Below, in pieces: positions 1 to 11,921 of a DNA stretch of 64,000 nucleotides. The translations under genes and the position numbers were made by a program. The stretch comes from Octopus bimaculoides (lineage: Eukaryota). Each line of letters begins with the position of its first letter. The stretch's first letter is position 1. Below the pieces are notes generated by a model. It saw nothing but the letters and a program-made list of their open reading frames with translations, was not told the DNA's origin and did no database searches. The stretch spans positions 17,061,543 through 17,125,542 of the forward strand of contig NC_069000.1 of assembly GCF_001194135.2 (NCBI RefSeq), written 5' to 3'.

Positions 1-410
1 TTGGCACTTTTTCACGCAGCTATCCTCGTCCATTCTCGCCACATGTCCATACCAGCGCAATCATCTCTCTTGCACACCACAACTGATGCTTCTTATGTTC
101 AGCTTTTCTCTCAAGATACTTACACGGGTATGCACACTGACATTACTCATCCATCGGAGCATACTGGCTTCATTCCTTACAAGCTTACGCATGTCCTCAG
201 CCATCACAGCCCATGTTTCACTGCCATGTAGCATGGCTGTTCGTACACATGCGTCATACAGTCTGCCTTTTACTCTGAGTGAGAGTCCCTTTGTTGCCAG
301 CAGAGGTAAGAGCTCTCTGAACGTTGCCCAGGCTATTCTTATTCTAGCAGCTGCACTTTCAGCGCACCCACCGCCATTACTAACTTGGTCACCCAGATAG
401 CGGAAGCTAT
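1..410 (-). mobile_element. RTE-clade LINE fragment (post-RT C-terminal region)
   Basis: ORF 61-435 reads FRYLGDQV...ARIRIAWATFRELLPLL...RVKGRLYDACVRTAMLHGSETW, typical of RTE ORFs just after the RT domain; runs off the window edge. Confidence 0.85.
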
Positions 411-3400
411 CAACTACCTCTATATATATACGCACACAAATCTAGAATCAGGAAGTTATTCTCTGGCGACAGTTACCCAGTGTTGCAATGTCAGACTAGA
501 AGTTCAAGCGAGTAGTAATTGATAATGAGAAAATGTAACTGTAGGTAATATTGACTTTGTCGTCTAGCTCCTAGTCAACTACGACTGAGAAGTCTATGAT
601 CAAAGGGATTTCTAGCCATACCCCTATCTTCCAAAGTAGTATCTAGGTAGAACTACTTTAGCCGGTCAGTTTGAATATGGCAACGTATAATTTTAAGATA
701 ATTTGGCTGCTATTTCTAGCTTGTTGAATTAGTATTTAAAAGGAAAGACTTCCTCCCATCTCCCCATTTTCTCCCAAATTTTGTGGGGTGCTTTTTGGGT
801 GGATGCGAAAGGAAGTCTTGCCTTTAGAAGTACCTTGTTAACTGGAGTTGTCACTGTTATTGTTTTGTAATATATTTTGATAGTGTTATTAAACGACAGG
901 CGAGCTTTAAAATCAGTAGACTTGTAATCAAAGGTGTTCCATCCGTATTCATTCCTTTTTCTTTCTTTCTCTTTTTTTTTTCATCAGAATCATTCAATGA
1001 GCCTTTTATTTCTTAAAATATTAGAGAGATAGCAAACAAGTTTGATAGTACGGGTAAAGTGAAAGCGTCGCATTCTTTTAATATTTTTGTCCTTGGTCAG
1101 CCTTTTATAGGAAGAAAATTTAAAACACTCAAAATTCTCCGTGCAAAAAAATTAAGGGTGTAGCGTAGGTTATAAATTTTTATTCTAAACTGAAATGTCG
1201 ACGACTACAAGTTTCTTGTCATACCGATTTTCGTACAATCAATTGAATAAAGTATGTATTTTTGTATTTATATACTAGAATAAACCTCAAAAGTAACGCG
1301 ACGCTCTCACCAACACTCAGAAGCTTTCACTTTTGGTATGTCACTCCGATACATACTTTCATGACACAAATCAAGTAATGACTTTAACCTATTTTTGTGA
1401 AATGAAAACAAGCTTAAGTTCTGGCCGAAACTGAGTGAAAAAAAAAAAAATAATAACAGTTAAAATTTCGAAAGGCAATACAAAAGATTTTACGTCATTG
1501 AAATGTATTTTATCTGCTGTTGTGAAGACAAATCAAAACAAATCTTACCGTGAGAACAAACTAACTTTAAGACATTCTCCACAACGCCGGTTGACATGTT
1601 CAGGAGAGAAGAGAAATTGAACAATACCGGTGAAAGGTGACAGTTGTAGATGACATAAATAGTTTCCGGGCAAAGAGAGAGAGAGACAGAGAGCAACAAC
1701 AATTTACTTGAATGGCTAATGATAACGCTCTTCTTGGTTAGAAGTAAATTATTAACCTCAAACGGTGTCGATCTATTCAACGCCACCAAGAAAAATCTAT
1801 GAATTGACCGAAGCTTTACACATATTTATATATATTTGTATGGATGAAATTATATGGTGTATATATAGCAATACATATTTTTATGTGCGCCTGCGGTAGA
1901 ACTATGTACAATACATATTTTGAAACGTTAATATTGATGGATTATTTAAAAACAAAACGATTGTCACAGCTTTCATTTTTCTTTTTATGTATGTGATATC
2001 GCAGAAAAAAAAAGCTTGATATAATATCCTAGTGGGATTTCACAATCAAAAACAGGTTGGTATTACCTTCTCAATTGTTTCTAAACACTGTTATATTTCT
2101 ATGAAACTCCGTTCTCGTATATATATATATATATATACATATGAGAGAGAGAGAGAATATAGACACAGAAATCAAAGTATATATATATATATATATATAT
2201 GTATATAGTGTGTGTGTATGTATACACGCACACACGTATATTCAACATATATGTTGATGTTTCTGTGCACAGAAAACTAAACTATTCCATATATGCTTGT
2301 AAGGAATGCATTTTCATATATATTCAAGCCACCTTGTCTTTTCGATTCATATTATGTTGTTACTATTTGGCCCCAGGTCGTACCCAAATCCAGCAGATAT
2401 AAAATCAAAACGTTCTTGTAAAGATCCTATCGTTTTCTTTTTTCTTTTTTTTTCGGACGTAATATGCCAAGGACTTCATTATTTAATGCTTTTTCGCGTT
2501 ACTGTTGTTTAACCCCAACTAGTCCTGATCCAGCATTCATATAATTTAAGTATATCCACAACTATATTCTCTACGTGTCCTTTTTTTAAAGACGGTAATG
2601 TGTCCTTTGAAGGAGATTCGGTTGTTATTTCTAGCAGGCTGAGTATCTACGTTGAACAAGTATGTGAAATGTATTTCGATACTATTGCGTGACACCTTGA
2701 GCTAATGTCTTCTGCCAATGCCTCAGGTCGCCCCAACCTTGTGAGTGAAATTGGACAGCTGAGAATTGTGTGCATGATCGTCAAGTGGACTGTTCCTGTC
2801 ATTTAAATAGTTGAACCTCATACACTGAATGTTACTGATTTTAACTAAAGTTTACATCAAGGTGATAGATGTTTGTGTTACTGTCACACTTTTGTTTCTC
2901 TACTTGTGTTACTCTGCCACTTATCCTCAAGGTAGAATCCAATGCAATAGTTCCCGTGATCGAACAACTAGATTACTAATGATATATATATATATATTGT
3001 CAAATGTTACAGTTCGTAAACGAAAGAGGAAGATACTTTGGAAATTTTGACCGATCTTTCATATGACTGAAGCATTAAAGAGCTTGAAACTCGAGTAGCA
3101 ACGAAAACTTGTTTAGTTTATGATATATACGAAAGCATAACTATGATTAGAAAGTTTTGGCCCTGGTTTCAATCCCATTGCACAGCACATACGGTGGGTG
3201 GCTTCTAATAGCTTCGAGTTATACCTTGTGTGGGGGAATTTGCTGAATGGAAACTTTTCAGAAGCTCACCCTATATAAAATGTATGTATATTTATATGTG
3301 TTTGCAGTCTAAAACCTGATGTAGTTTATACTAGTAGCCCGTTTTGTGTCATGACTTAGTAAGTCCGACAGATCATTAAAAAAAACCCATCAAACTGAAA

Positions 3401-3904
3401 TAACTACTAGTGTTGATATGATTGACTAAAACCATGAAATGGACGTATGTCACAGCATGGCCACAGTCAATTGAATAAAACCATATATATATGAAAGTGG
3501 GTGTGTATTCTGTTTATGTTTTTAGGCATTGACGAAGGTGAAAGTAATGTTGTTCCCAGGAGAAATTAGCCGATCAGTCAAGCGTAAGAAGCATGACAAT
3601 GTTGCTAATTTATCCCTTTTGATACTGCTGGAAGGGTCGGACTACGTTATATATATATATATATATATAGATAGATAGATAGATACAAATAAAAGGCTAA
3701 AGGAATATTAATTTATTAATAAATTAATAATTAATAATTTTTACCAAGCACTTCGGTATGTAAACACCATTATCGGTGAAGAACTTATTTAAAAGTTCTT
3801 TGCCCTGTGTAAGTTCGGAGGTGCTGGTAATATTATGTTGATGCACGATGTCGCTTGGCCGAGCATGCATAATTGCCTGCATCTTCAAACCTGCAAACTA
3901 GAAT

Positions 3905-3964
3905 ATCATACTGATGACGGAAATGAAGGTTTTTACCATTCTGATTTAGAAACGCGTCTATGAT
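3905..3964 (+). ncRNA. Minimal type I hammerhead ribozyme-like motif, probably degenerate
   Basis: Stem I atcata(3905-3910)/tatgat(3959-3964), CTGATGA 3911-3917, imperfect stem II, GAAAC 3949-3953, palindromic ACGCGT and GTC cleavage triplet; 5 extra nt (attta) before GAAA. Confidence 0.55.
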
Positions 3965-4105
3965 TAACTAAGACTGGTTAGTTTCGTTGTTTTTTCTTCT
4001 TGTTTTGCCTTTGTGAGTTACAAGTACTGCTATCTGTTGGAGTTTTAGCACTTTAGCTGCTATTTCTGAACTTCTGTATGTGGTGAAGCAACTGTTGCTG
4101 ATCCC

Positions 4106-4136
<31 letters not shown>

Positions 4137-4457
4137 GCGTGGAGGCGCAATGGCCCAGTGGTTAGGGCAGCGGACTCGCGGTCATAGGATCGCGGTTTCG
4201 ATTCCCAGACCGGGTGTTGTGAGTGTTTATTGAGCGAAAACACCTAAAGCTCCGACGAACCCTGCTGTATTCTTCCACCACAACTTTCTCTCACTCTTAC
4301 TTCCTGTTTCTGTTGTGCCTGTACTTCAAAGGGTCAGCCTTGTCACACTGTGTCACGCTGAATATCCCCGAGAACTACGTTAAGGGTACACGTGTCTGTG
4401 GAGTGCTCAGCCACTTGCACGTTAATTTCACAAGCAGGCTGGAACCCTCGACATCGT
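4137..4457 (+). mobile_element. tRNA-derived SINE, family A
   Basis: A box TGGCCCAGTGG and B box GTTTCGATTCC; high similarity to the copies at 12716, 19920 and 44611; 3' hairpin deleted. Confidence 0.9.
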
Positions 4458-6099
4458 ATATATATATGTACACCTACCAGCACACTAAATGCCTCATTGC
4501 CAAGTCTTACCTTGTTGACATCAGCTAACAAGTCATTAATCTACAACTAGTTTTCTTAGCAGCCACACAACAGTGCATGATACAGTGTGTAAGGCCTTCT
4601 CAAGACCACTAGGTATAGTGATTTGTTCATAATTAAGAACTTCTCTTCTAATTCAATAGGACTAAGGTATTGGTGGTGCAAACCTGAACTGCATTTCAAC
4701 TATGTTAACTTTTGTCTTAATCAGTTGTACTTGATTCCACTTCACATTCTTCTTTCTAAAACACCTTTGACCTATAACACCTTTGACCTATAACACCTGC
4801 TATGTCAGTCATTGTGTGTGACACCTTCTTGCACCACATTATTGACAATGTGGGTGACTAAACACTTTCAGCATTTCAGCAACCATCCCGGATGACCCAA
4901 CTACCTTCTCTGTCTTCATATATTAAGCTATACTTTTGACTGAATAGTTGGTCTTGCTGTTAGTTTTTCTTAATCAGCCTGAGATACTTTTCTCATTCAG
5001 CAACCTTTCCTAGTAATATTTCCAAGCCTTTTTCTTCTCAGTGTCAATAAGAACAAATATGTCACTGTTATTCTATATACACTTTTCTCCAATAATGTTT
5101 TGATTCACATGCACATATTGCTTTGTAATCTGGAACAAACACCTCATGCCTCTGATCCTCTTATCACAGAATATTGCTTCTTACATCTCCTCTCCTAGTT
5201 ACCTGATGTCTAGTTTCTCTGGTTTATGCTCTGGCTCTCTGCATTCTGAATTCCTAGCAAGGTCAACTTTGACATTCATCTTTACCAAATTAATTAAATA
5301 AAATGCCAGTCCAGATCAGTAGATTGGTGGAATTGTTACAGCATTGGATGAGATGCCTTGTGGTAGTTGTTCTGGCTCTTTGAGTTTTGAGTTCTGAATG
5401 GTAGACTTAATCTGTTGCTTGGTCTAACACCACCAGCTGGTCCTCTGGTGCCTTATGTAGAGTTTGCTCTGTTGCAAGTATTTGTGCCAAGTCTCTGGTT
5501 TGAGGGTAATTTCTTTCCTTTCTCTCACCACTGTTGGTTCTTCCAAAGACTGGTATGGATTTTCTGAACTCTTAAATTACGTTTTTTTAAGAATTTACAG
5601 TGCACTTTGATACATCTTGCAGCATGCCACTTGAGAACTTTGGGCTAGGATGTGTATGCATAGCAGCAATATTGTGGGTCTTGTGCTTTGTAGAGGGTCA
5701 GCAACTGGAGAAAATTCAAGTATTTTATTTTATTTTACTCGGAAGAGTAAACCTAATGTTGAGACAAAGTTTTGATAATGTTATATATGTAATGTTTCCA
5801 TAAACAATCATAAGATTTCTTATGTAGCAACTTTGAAGGGTTATTTCCTTTCTCGTGAATATTGTGTAGTATAAGGTCATTTCCTTGATAAATGAGCCAA
5901 TTGTATTTATATTACTGTTGTAGTAGGTTGTTATGTCCCTACTAATGAGTATGTTCGGGTTGTCTCAGTTCATAGGAGCAATGCAGTGCTGGTATGAAGC
6001 TACCTATGGATGATGTCTAGATGTGAAGAAGTGATGAGTGGTTAGCACCTGTGTAAGGAGTATGTGTAGTCAGAAGTAAGAATAAGGAGATCATTAATC

Positions 6100-6430
6100 A
6101 TCATGGTCATCGGTTAAAGTCCACCTTCCGTGCTGGCATGGGTTGGATGGTTTGACAGGAGCTGGCGAGGCAGAAGACTGCACCAAACTTCTGTGTCTGT
6201 TTTGGCAAGGTTTTTACAGCTGGATGCCCTTAAAAAAAATAAATAAAACATGTTTTCAATGCTGGGATGGGTTGGACGGTTTGACCAGAATTGGTAAGGC
6301 CAGGGGCTGCAGCAGGGTCTATTTTCTGCTCTGGTATGGTTTCTACAGCTGGATGCTCTTCCTAACACCAACCACTCCACAGAGTGTACTGAATGCATTT
6401 TGTGGCACCAGCACCAGTGCTTTTTATGTG
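6100..6430 (-). mobile_element. Two tandem older copies of an RTE-type 3' end / RTE-tail repeat
   Basis: catcat...gcatgggttggatggtttgac...ttacagctggatgccctt occurs twice; related to 17335 and 22291. Confidence 0.7.
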
Positions 6431-7441
6431 ACACTAGAACTAATCCTGCTGTGGACAGATCTTCTTGAATACAGTAATGCACCAGATGCTTCAGTTCTGT
6501 GTCATAACTCTCTGTTACTATTAAGCTAAGAAACCCATGACAAGCTTGAGAGAATTAAACAAATTTTGGAATATACCAAAATTAATAGAGTATAGGCTGG
6601 AGTATTCTGTCTTATCCTAACCCTTTAACAGAAAACTTCTAGTCTAAAACAAAAGCAATTGGAGATCATAGGCAGGCAACTGAGCTAGGAGGTTCCCATG
6701 TCAGACATAATCAAAAGTTTTGCTGGTATGAAAGGTAACAATTTACATTTCTCAAATTTATGAAGTGTGATGTAGAAGAGCAAGATTTGGTTTGATAGAA
6801 AATATACTGGTAGCTATGGAAAAAAGAGATAAAGATGTTGGAAGTAAGGATGATAGATCTGTAGCTGGTAATATTTACAATCACCTCTGTCATGTTTGAA
6901 ATGTTAGATAGCTCAGTAGTTTTTTTTATGCGATGAGAATTTTCTTCTCAGCACACAACACTTTTCTTCTCATATTTTCATCCATATGAACCATCACATG
7001 CTCATATCATCCACCACACGCCTATAATACACTCATATCATCCATCACACACCCTTAGATATCATATGTTTATACCATACTGTGATCCTGAAAGATTTCA
7101 GGACAATTTCCAGAGAACAGACTGAAATGGGTTTCTGCATAAACTAGACCCATGCAGTAACTTGAGCCTAGTTCAGCAACTAGAAAATATACAAAGCTAA
7201 TATGATGAATACTAATAGCAGAGGTTATGACTGTGACAAGATTTCCATTCTTAGTTGAAGCCAATTTAAGCCATCTAGCTCTTGTATACATAACATCATA
7301 GAACAAAAACTATACACTGACCTCTTAGAACTGACCCTTTGAATGGCTCACTGTAAATTAGGAGATATTTGCATTATACATTATCAAGTGTGATTACCAT
7401 TTCTATTATTTACTGTTTTCTCAATGTTTTTTTTATAGACT

Positions 7442-7477
7442 ATGGAATCCTGCAGTATTAGTAGTAGTGGTTGTTGA
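7442..7477 (+). promoter_or_regulatory. Short upstream ORF (MESCSISSSGC*) in the presumed 5' UTR of the zinc-finger exon
   Basis: ATG at 7442 just after the 7438 acceptor, TGA at 7475-7477; only in the mRNA if that acceptor is used. Confidence 0.35.
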
Positions 7478-7550
7478 ACTGCATCACCTTGTGTGTGTCT
7501 GCTGGCAAGTTGAAAGCATTTTCCCAGTAAGTTCACTGCCTCAGCCAACA

Positions 7551-10500
7551 ATGGAAATAGAACTCCACAAATTATCAACACTGGAAACATCTTTGAATAA
7601 AAGTAAATATCCATGTGAATATTGCCAAAAGTCTTTCTCCAGACCAAGTCACCTGACACGTCACCTCAGAGTTCACACTGGTGAAAAGCCATTTTTCTGT
7701 TTGGTTTGTGGCAAATGTTTCAAGCAGTCAAACCATTTGACCTCACATGCCAAAATCCACCACAAGCCTATAGACACCAACAACAATGCCCTCTCATTGC
7801 TTACAGTTGATCCATCATTGCCCACTTTTGACACTTCAAGTTTCTTGACTCCTGGTGACAAAAGCAACCATGAAATGTCACCCATTGAATCTCCTGCTTG
7901 TTTCACTAATGGATTATTACCTTCACATGTGAAAAGAGAACCTGGTTTAAGTTTAAGGGACGATGATTGTATTATTACAAAGGCCAACACAAACAGACAA
8001 GTCGAAAACTTGATTTTAAGTGGATCGATAGCAGCATGCCTGAAAAGATCAACACCAGCATTTCTGTCTAAACAACACTTAAACTATAAGAAAGATGTTT
8101 CTAAATTAACCAACAAAAGCCCCGTCAGTAAGGAGTTAACAACATCTTTGAAGTGTGAACTATGTATGGAAGAATTCATGAATTACAATTCCTTAAAAAT
8201 TCATTTACAAACGCACACATTTCCTCCAAAAATTCAGCACCAAAAGAGACCAGTAGTAAAAAATATGAATGTCTTCTCTTATAGGGATTATTTATCACAG
8301 AAAAGTGTTTCAGAAAATAAAGATGGACATCTGCAAATTCAGATGAAAGAGAATTTGGATGTCAGTAAAGACGTTAATAATATTTCCATTAATGTATCTG
8401 ACGACATATTAAATGATGAAATATTGCTTCTTCAATCAGATGCTGAATCTGATGATGATGATGATGATGATGTTATTATCATTAAAGCAGATCTTGATAG
8501 TGAGGCAAACCTCTCTTCTGACTCAGCCCTGGAGACAGAGAAATCAAAACCAATTAAACCAACCCTTCGTACCAAAGATCCCCAACTAGATGACATCAGA
8601 GTAACATCAAAACATAAACATCTTGACTCTATGGATCTGAATGAAAATTCCTCAACACTCCAAACTTTAAGAGAAAATAATAACTTCAAATCAGGATTTT
8701 CTTCTTCAAACTTGAGGATTCTAGAGAAGATGTTATCTGGAGAAACAGTAGACCAAAGTTATTTAAATACAGCATTATCATCATCATTGACACCACCATC
8801 ATCATCATCATCACAAACTGCTAAAAGGCAATCTTTTATACACTTTGACATTGACAAGAATCATACACTCCATGTCGGCTCAAAGCCATTTACCAGAGAC
8901 AAACTTGCAACACAGCAATGGGAAACATCACACTCGTCCACCATCAGTCCAAATAAACGACGCCAAATTCTTTCATCCCTACCCAATGATGCCACAACAA
9001 CACAACAGCTGCCACATCTTACTTCAAACAAAGTGATTTCTAGTGATGCTGTTCAACTGAACCGAACACTTTTTCCATCAACCATTCCAGAAAACCAGTC
9101 ACAGACAAGTTTCTCAAGAACCTCCAAGTTTAAGCCAGATACACTTGTGTCGCGTACTAGCTTTAATGTCATCAATAACACATCTGTCCAACAGCCAGAG
9201 AGCCGAAAGAGACTTTCAAATCAATTGATTAGTAATAATAAATCTAACAACACTCTGTCTAGAACACCACTGATGACCAGCCAGCAACATACAAGCTCCA
9301 ACTTCTTGGCCTTTAAGAATCAACATCAAAATTATCAGTCAAGAATAAAAAAGCCACATTTGAGTACTTTCGGTGTATATCAAAGCCGTAATCGATACTT
9401 ATCTGGCAATAATTCTCAGAACAGATTTCGGTGTAAATACTGTCCAAAAGCATTTTCCCGCCCCAGTCATTTATTACGACATGTCCGTGTCCACACAGGA
9501 GAGAAGCCATTCAAATGTAAATATTGTAGTAAACAGTTCCGTCAGTCAAATCACTTAACAACTCATATTAGAATTCATACTGGCATCAAACCATTCCAGC
9601 ACAGATTTCACCTCAGTCCCAGACCATTTGATTGCCAGCTGTGTGGCCAAAGCTTTTTCTTACTTAGTCATTTAAATCTGCATCTTCAATCACATGTTGC
9701 CACTTTCAGTTATCCCAATACACAATTCAGCGATGATGCTCTCCTTGTGCTTGATCCTAATGAAGATTCAATTATGATAGAGGATGAAGCCCCTTCACAC
9801 AATACCACTGTAGAGAAAGCACACCCAATACAAAACGATAGCGAACACTCTATGTTGAAAAGCCAGACACAAAACTTGCATCCCTCTGTTCTGTATATTA
9901 AAGAACTGTCTGAGGTGTCCTACAACAAAGACTCAAATAATAATGAACATGTGGAACTTTTGTCAGAAGATGAAAGCATTGAGGAAATCTCTGAAACTGT
10001 CAATACTAATGGTAAGGGTTCCAGTGTACAGGACAATCAGACATCTGTTGAGTCTAACTTTGATACAGAATTCATTACACCACACGCAAATGAGGTATGG
10101 ACCTTGAGAACAGATGATTTGGATTCTAAAACGTCTGTTTCTACTCCAAATGAATTCCATAGCCAGTTATCCGCTGAAACATATACTCCTAAAGAACTGG
10201 AATGGAAATCTAGGTCATCTTCAGATTCTACAGACAATCAGGAAGTTGCCATTGAAGTTGTTAAATGTGAGGAAGATCATTTCAGTGAACAAGTCAATCC
10301 CAACCTTTCAGAAATTCAAACTTCTGTGAAGAAAGAACAGGAAACTGTTGATGAATGCAACCCTGACACTTTATCAGTGTTTACCCCAAAACTGACATCA
10401 AGTCCTAAACCAGATGAGTGTTTCATAAAGGTTAAAGAAGAGCCCTTAGAAGAGGAAGATGTAGACAGGAACGACGTGTCATTAAATGATAAATCTCTGT

Positions 10501-11921
10501 CCACTGCCTGCAAATATACCGAAAAAGACAATATGCAGGAATTTCTGGAACAAGAACAAAGTAATTTTCTTGGAAACTGCCTCCAAAATATTAAAACAGA
10601 GGCATGTGCTTCAACAAAGACAGTGTCTAGTTATCCACTTGCCATAGAAGATGAACAAGATATTTGGAAAAAATTTACACACACTTCATCCCATGCCTTT
10701 AATGACGATACACTGAAATTAAATGAGCCTAAAAAGAATGCAAAGATGTCTACCAACCAAGAACATAGACAATCTACACAAGACAATCCCAACACAATTG
10801 CATCCTTTGATCCAGGTAAAGGGATGAAGTGTCATTATTGCAACAAACACTTTGAAAATTGGAACCACTACAGTATACATGTTAAATCTCATTATACAGA
10901 CAATCAAGTTTATCTGGACAATACCTCTCTGAGATACAACCCAAATTTTGGGATTGTATCTCAGAATTTACTTATCATTGATGATGATGATGATGATGAT
11001 CCTGCACCCAATGCCAAAGTTTTAACTCAAGAATCTCAACATATTTTAGCTTCACCAAATAGATTAAGGAGAGTAGTTTATGGAAGTAACTCAGTCTCCC
11101 CTTCATCTATGTCTAAAAAGCCAATGTTTAAATGTACATATTGTGAGAAATCTTTTTCTCGACCTAGTCATCTAACCAGACATATTCGTATCCATACTGG
11201 TGAGAAACCATTCAAGTGTAACATTTGCAATAAAAATTTCACTCAATCCAACCATTTGACATCACACTTGAAGATACATACAGAAAGGAAACTTGATGAC
11301 TATTCTAGTATTCAACAGCGATTCTCCTTGCTGAGCCAGTTTGAGACACACTTGAAGACCCGTGGATCATGGCACTCTAACCCTGTTGAAGGAAAATCCC
11401 TAGCCCTCCACAATAATAACAACAATCACAGCACTGAAAATCTAGCCAATAAAGTGATTCTTAACTCCACTACTACTTCCCCAAATGAAATCAACTCAGC
11501 CAACCAAGAATCATTGTTTACCACAAATAAACAACTGGAAACCAAACCAACACCACTCACAGATAACCATTCTTTATCAGATCCTTCCAATATCAGCTAC
11601 AAAACAGCTGAGGAGTCATTATCTGATCTGAGAGAAGAAACTTCTGAACTAACAAATTCTCCAGATTCTTCAACCGGCCAGTGCAAGACTGATATTGCTT
11701 CCTTCAATTCTGGAAATAATTTCAATACTATTTCTTCCCCTGTCTTTCCATCAATTAGTATTATGCAAAATATCTTAAAAGAGCCCCAAATCAAAGTTGA
11801 AAAAAGTAACTTTGCCAGAGATTATTCGGCAGAATGGCAAAGAGAGGATAAGACAGCTACTTTGGAGAAGCAGGTTTTATATGAAGATGATGTTAAACCA
11901 GAAATTTTGCCAAACATTTGA
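7551..11921 (+). CDS. C2H2 zinc-finger transcription factor, ~1456 aa, 9 fingers, single large coding exon
   Basis: Uninterrupted 4.4 kb ORF. Finger pairs with TGEKP linkers at 7608-7760, 9426-9578 and 11127-11279, plus singlets (CELCMEEF..HLQTH, CQLCGQSF..HLQSH, CHYCNKHF..HVKSH). First ATG at 7551 in acaATGg context; in-frame stop at 7464-7466; splice acceptor ttttatag at 7438, with alternative AGs at 7527 and 7544 that could admit an upstream coding exon. Confidence 0.92.
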   Translation: MEIELHKLSTLETSLNKSKYPCEYCQKSFSRPSHLTRHLRVHTGEKPFFCLVCGKCFKQSNHLTSHAKIHHKPIDTNNNALSLLTVDPSLPTFDTSSFLTPGDKSNHEMSPIESPACFTNGLLPSHVKREPGLSLRDDDCIITKANTNRQVENLILSGSIAACLKRSTPAFLSKQHLNYKKDVSKLTNKSPVSKELTTSLKCELCMEEFMNYNSLKIHLQTHTFPPKIQHQKRPVVKNMNVFSYRDYLSQKSVSENKDGHLQIQMKENLDVSKDVNNISINVSDDILNDEILLLQSDAESDDDDDDDVIIIKADLDSEANLSSDSALETEKSKPIKPTLRTKDPQLDDIRVTSKHKHLDSMDLNENSSTLQTLRENNNFKSGFSSSNLRILEKMLSGETVDQSYLNTALSSSLTPPSSSSSQTAKRQSFIHFDIDKNHTLHVGSKPFTRDKLATQQWETSHSSTISPNKRRQILSSLPNDATTTQQLPHLTSNKVISSDAVQLNRTLFPSTIPENQSQTSFSRTSKFKPDTLVSRTSFNVINNTSVQQPESRKRLSNQLISNNKSNNTLSRTPLMTSQQHTSSNFLAFKNQHQNYQSRIKKPHLSTFGVYQSRNRYLSGNNSQNRFRCKYCPKAFSRPSHLLRHVRVHTGEKPFKCKYCSKQFRQSNHLTTHIRIHTGIKPFQHRFHLSPRPFDCQLCGQSFFLLSHLNLHLQSHVATFSYPNTQFSDDALLVLDPNEDSIMIEDEAPSHNTTVEKAHPIQNDSEHSMLKSQTQNLHPSVLYIKELSEVSYNKDSNNNEHVELLSEDESIEEISETVNTNGKGSSVQDNQTSVESNFDTEFITPHANEVWTLRTDDLDSKTSVSTPNEFHSQLSAETYTPKELEWKSRSSSDSTDNQEVAIEVVKCEEDHFSEQVNPNLSEIQTSVKKEQETVDECNPDTLSVFTPKLTSSPKPDECFIKVKEEPLEEEDVDRNDVSLNDKSLSTACKYTEKDNMQEFLEQEQSNFLGNCLQNIKTEACASTKTVSSYPLAIEDEQDIWKKFTHTSSHAFNDDTLKLNEPKKNAKMSTNQEHRQSTQDNPNTIASFDPGKGMKCHYCNKHFENWNHYSIHVKSHYTDNQVYLDNTSLRYNPNFGIVSQNLLIIDDDDDDDPAPNAKVLTQESQHILASPNRLRRVVYGSNSVSPSSMSKKPMFKCTYCEKSFSRPSHLTRHIRIHTGEKPFKCNICNKNFTQSNHLTSHLKIHTERKLDDYSSIQQRFSLLSQFETHLKTRGSWHSNPVEGKSLALHNNNNNHSTENLANKVILNSTTTSPNEINSANQESLFTTNKQLETKPTPLTDNHSLSDPSNISYKTAEESLSDLREETSELTNSPDSSTGQCKTDIASFNSGNNFNTISSPVFPSISIMQNILKEPQIKVEKSNFARDYSAEWQREDKTATLEKQVLYEDDVKPEILPNI

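Noticed and set aside
1590-1750. Possible first exon or promoter of the zinc-finger gene
   Set aside because: Only mild CpG enrichment and weak donor-like sites; not supportable without transcript data.
4137-4215. tRNA-like sequences with A and B boxes (all SINE heads)
   Set aside because: No complete cloverleaf, and each continues into a multicopy SINE body; not tRNA genes.
4760-4798. 16-bp tandem duplication aacacctttgacctat
   Set aside because: Ordinary slippage duplication with no further structure.
7467-7550. N-terminal extension of the zinc-finger ORF from the GTG at 7467
   Set aside because: Non-ATG start given by the ORF caller; ATG 7551 has good context and nearby AG sites suggest splicing instead.
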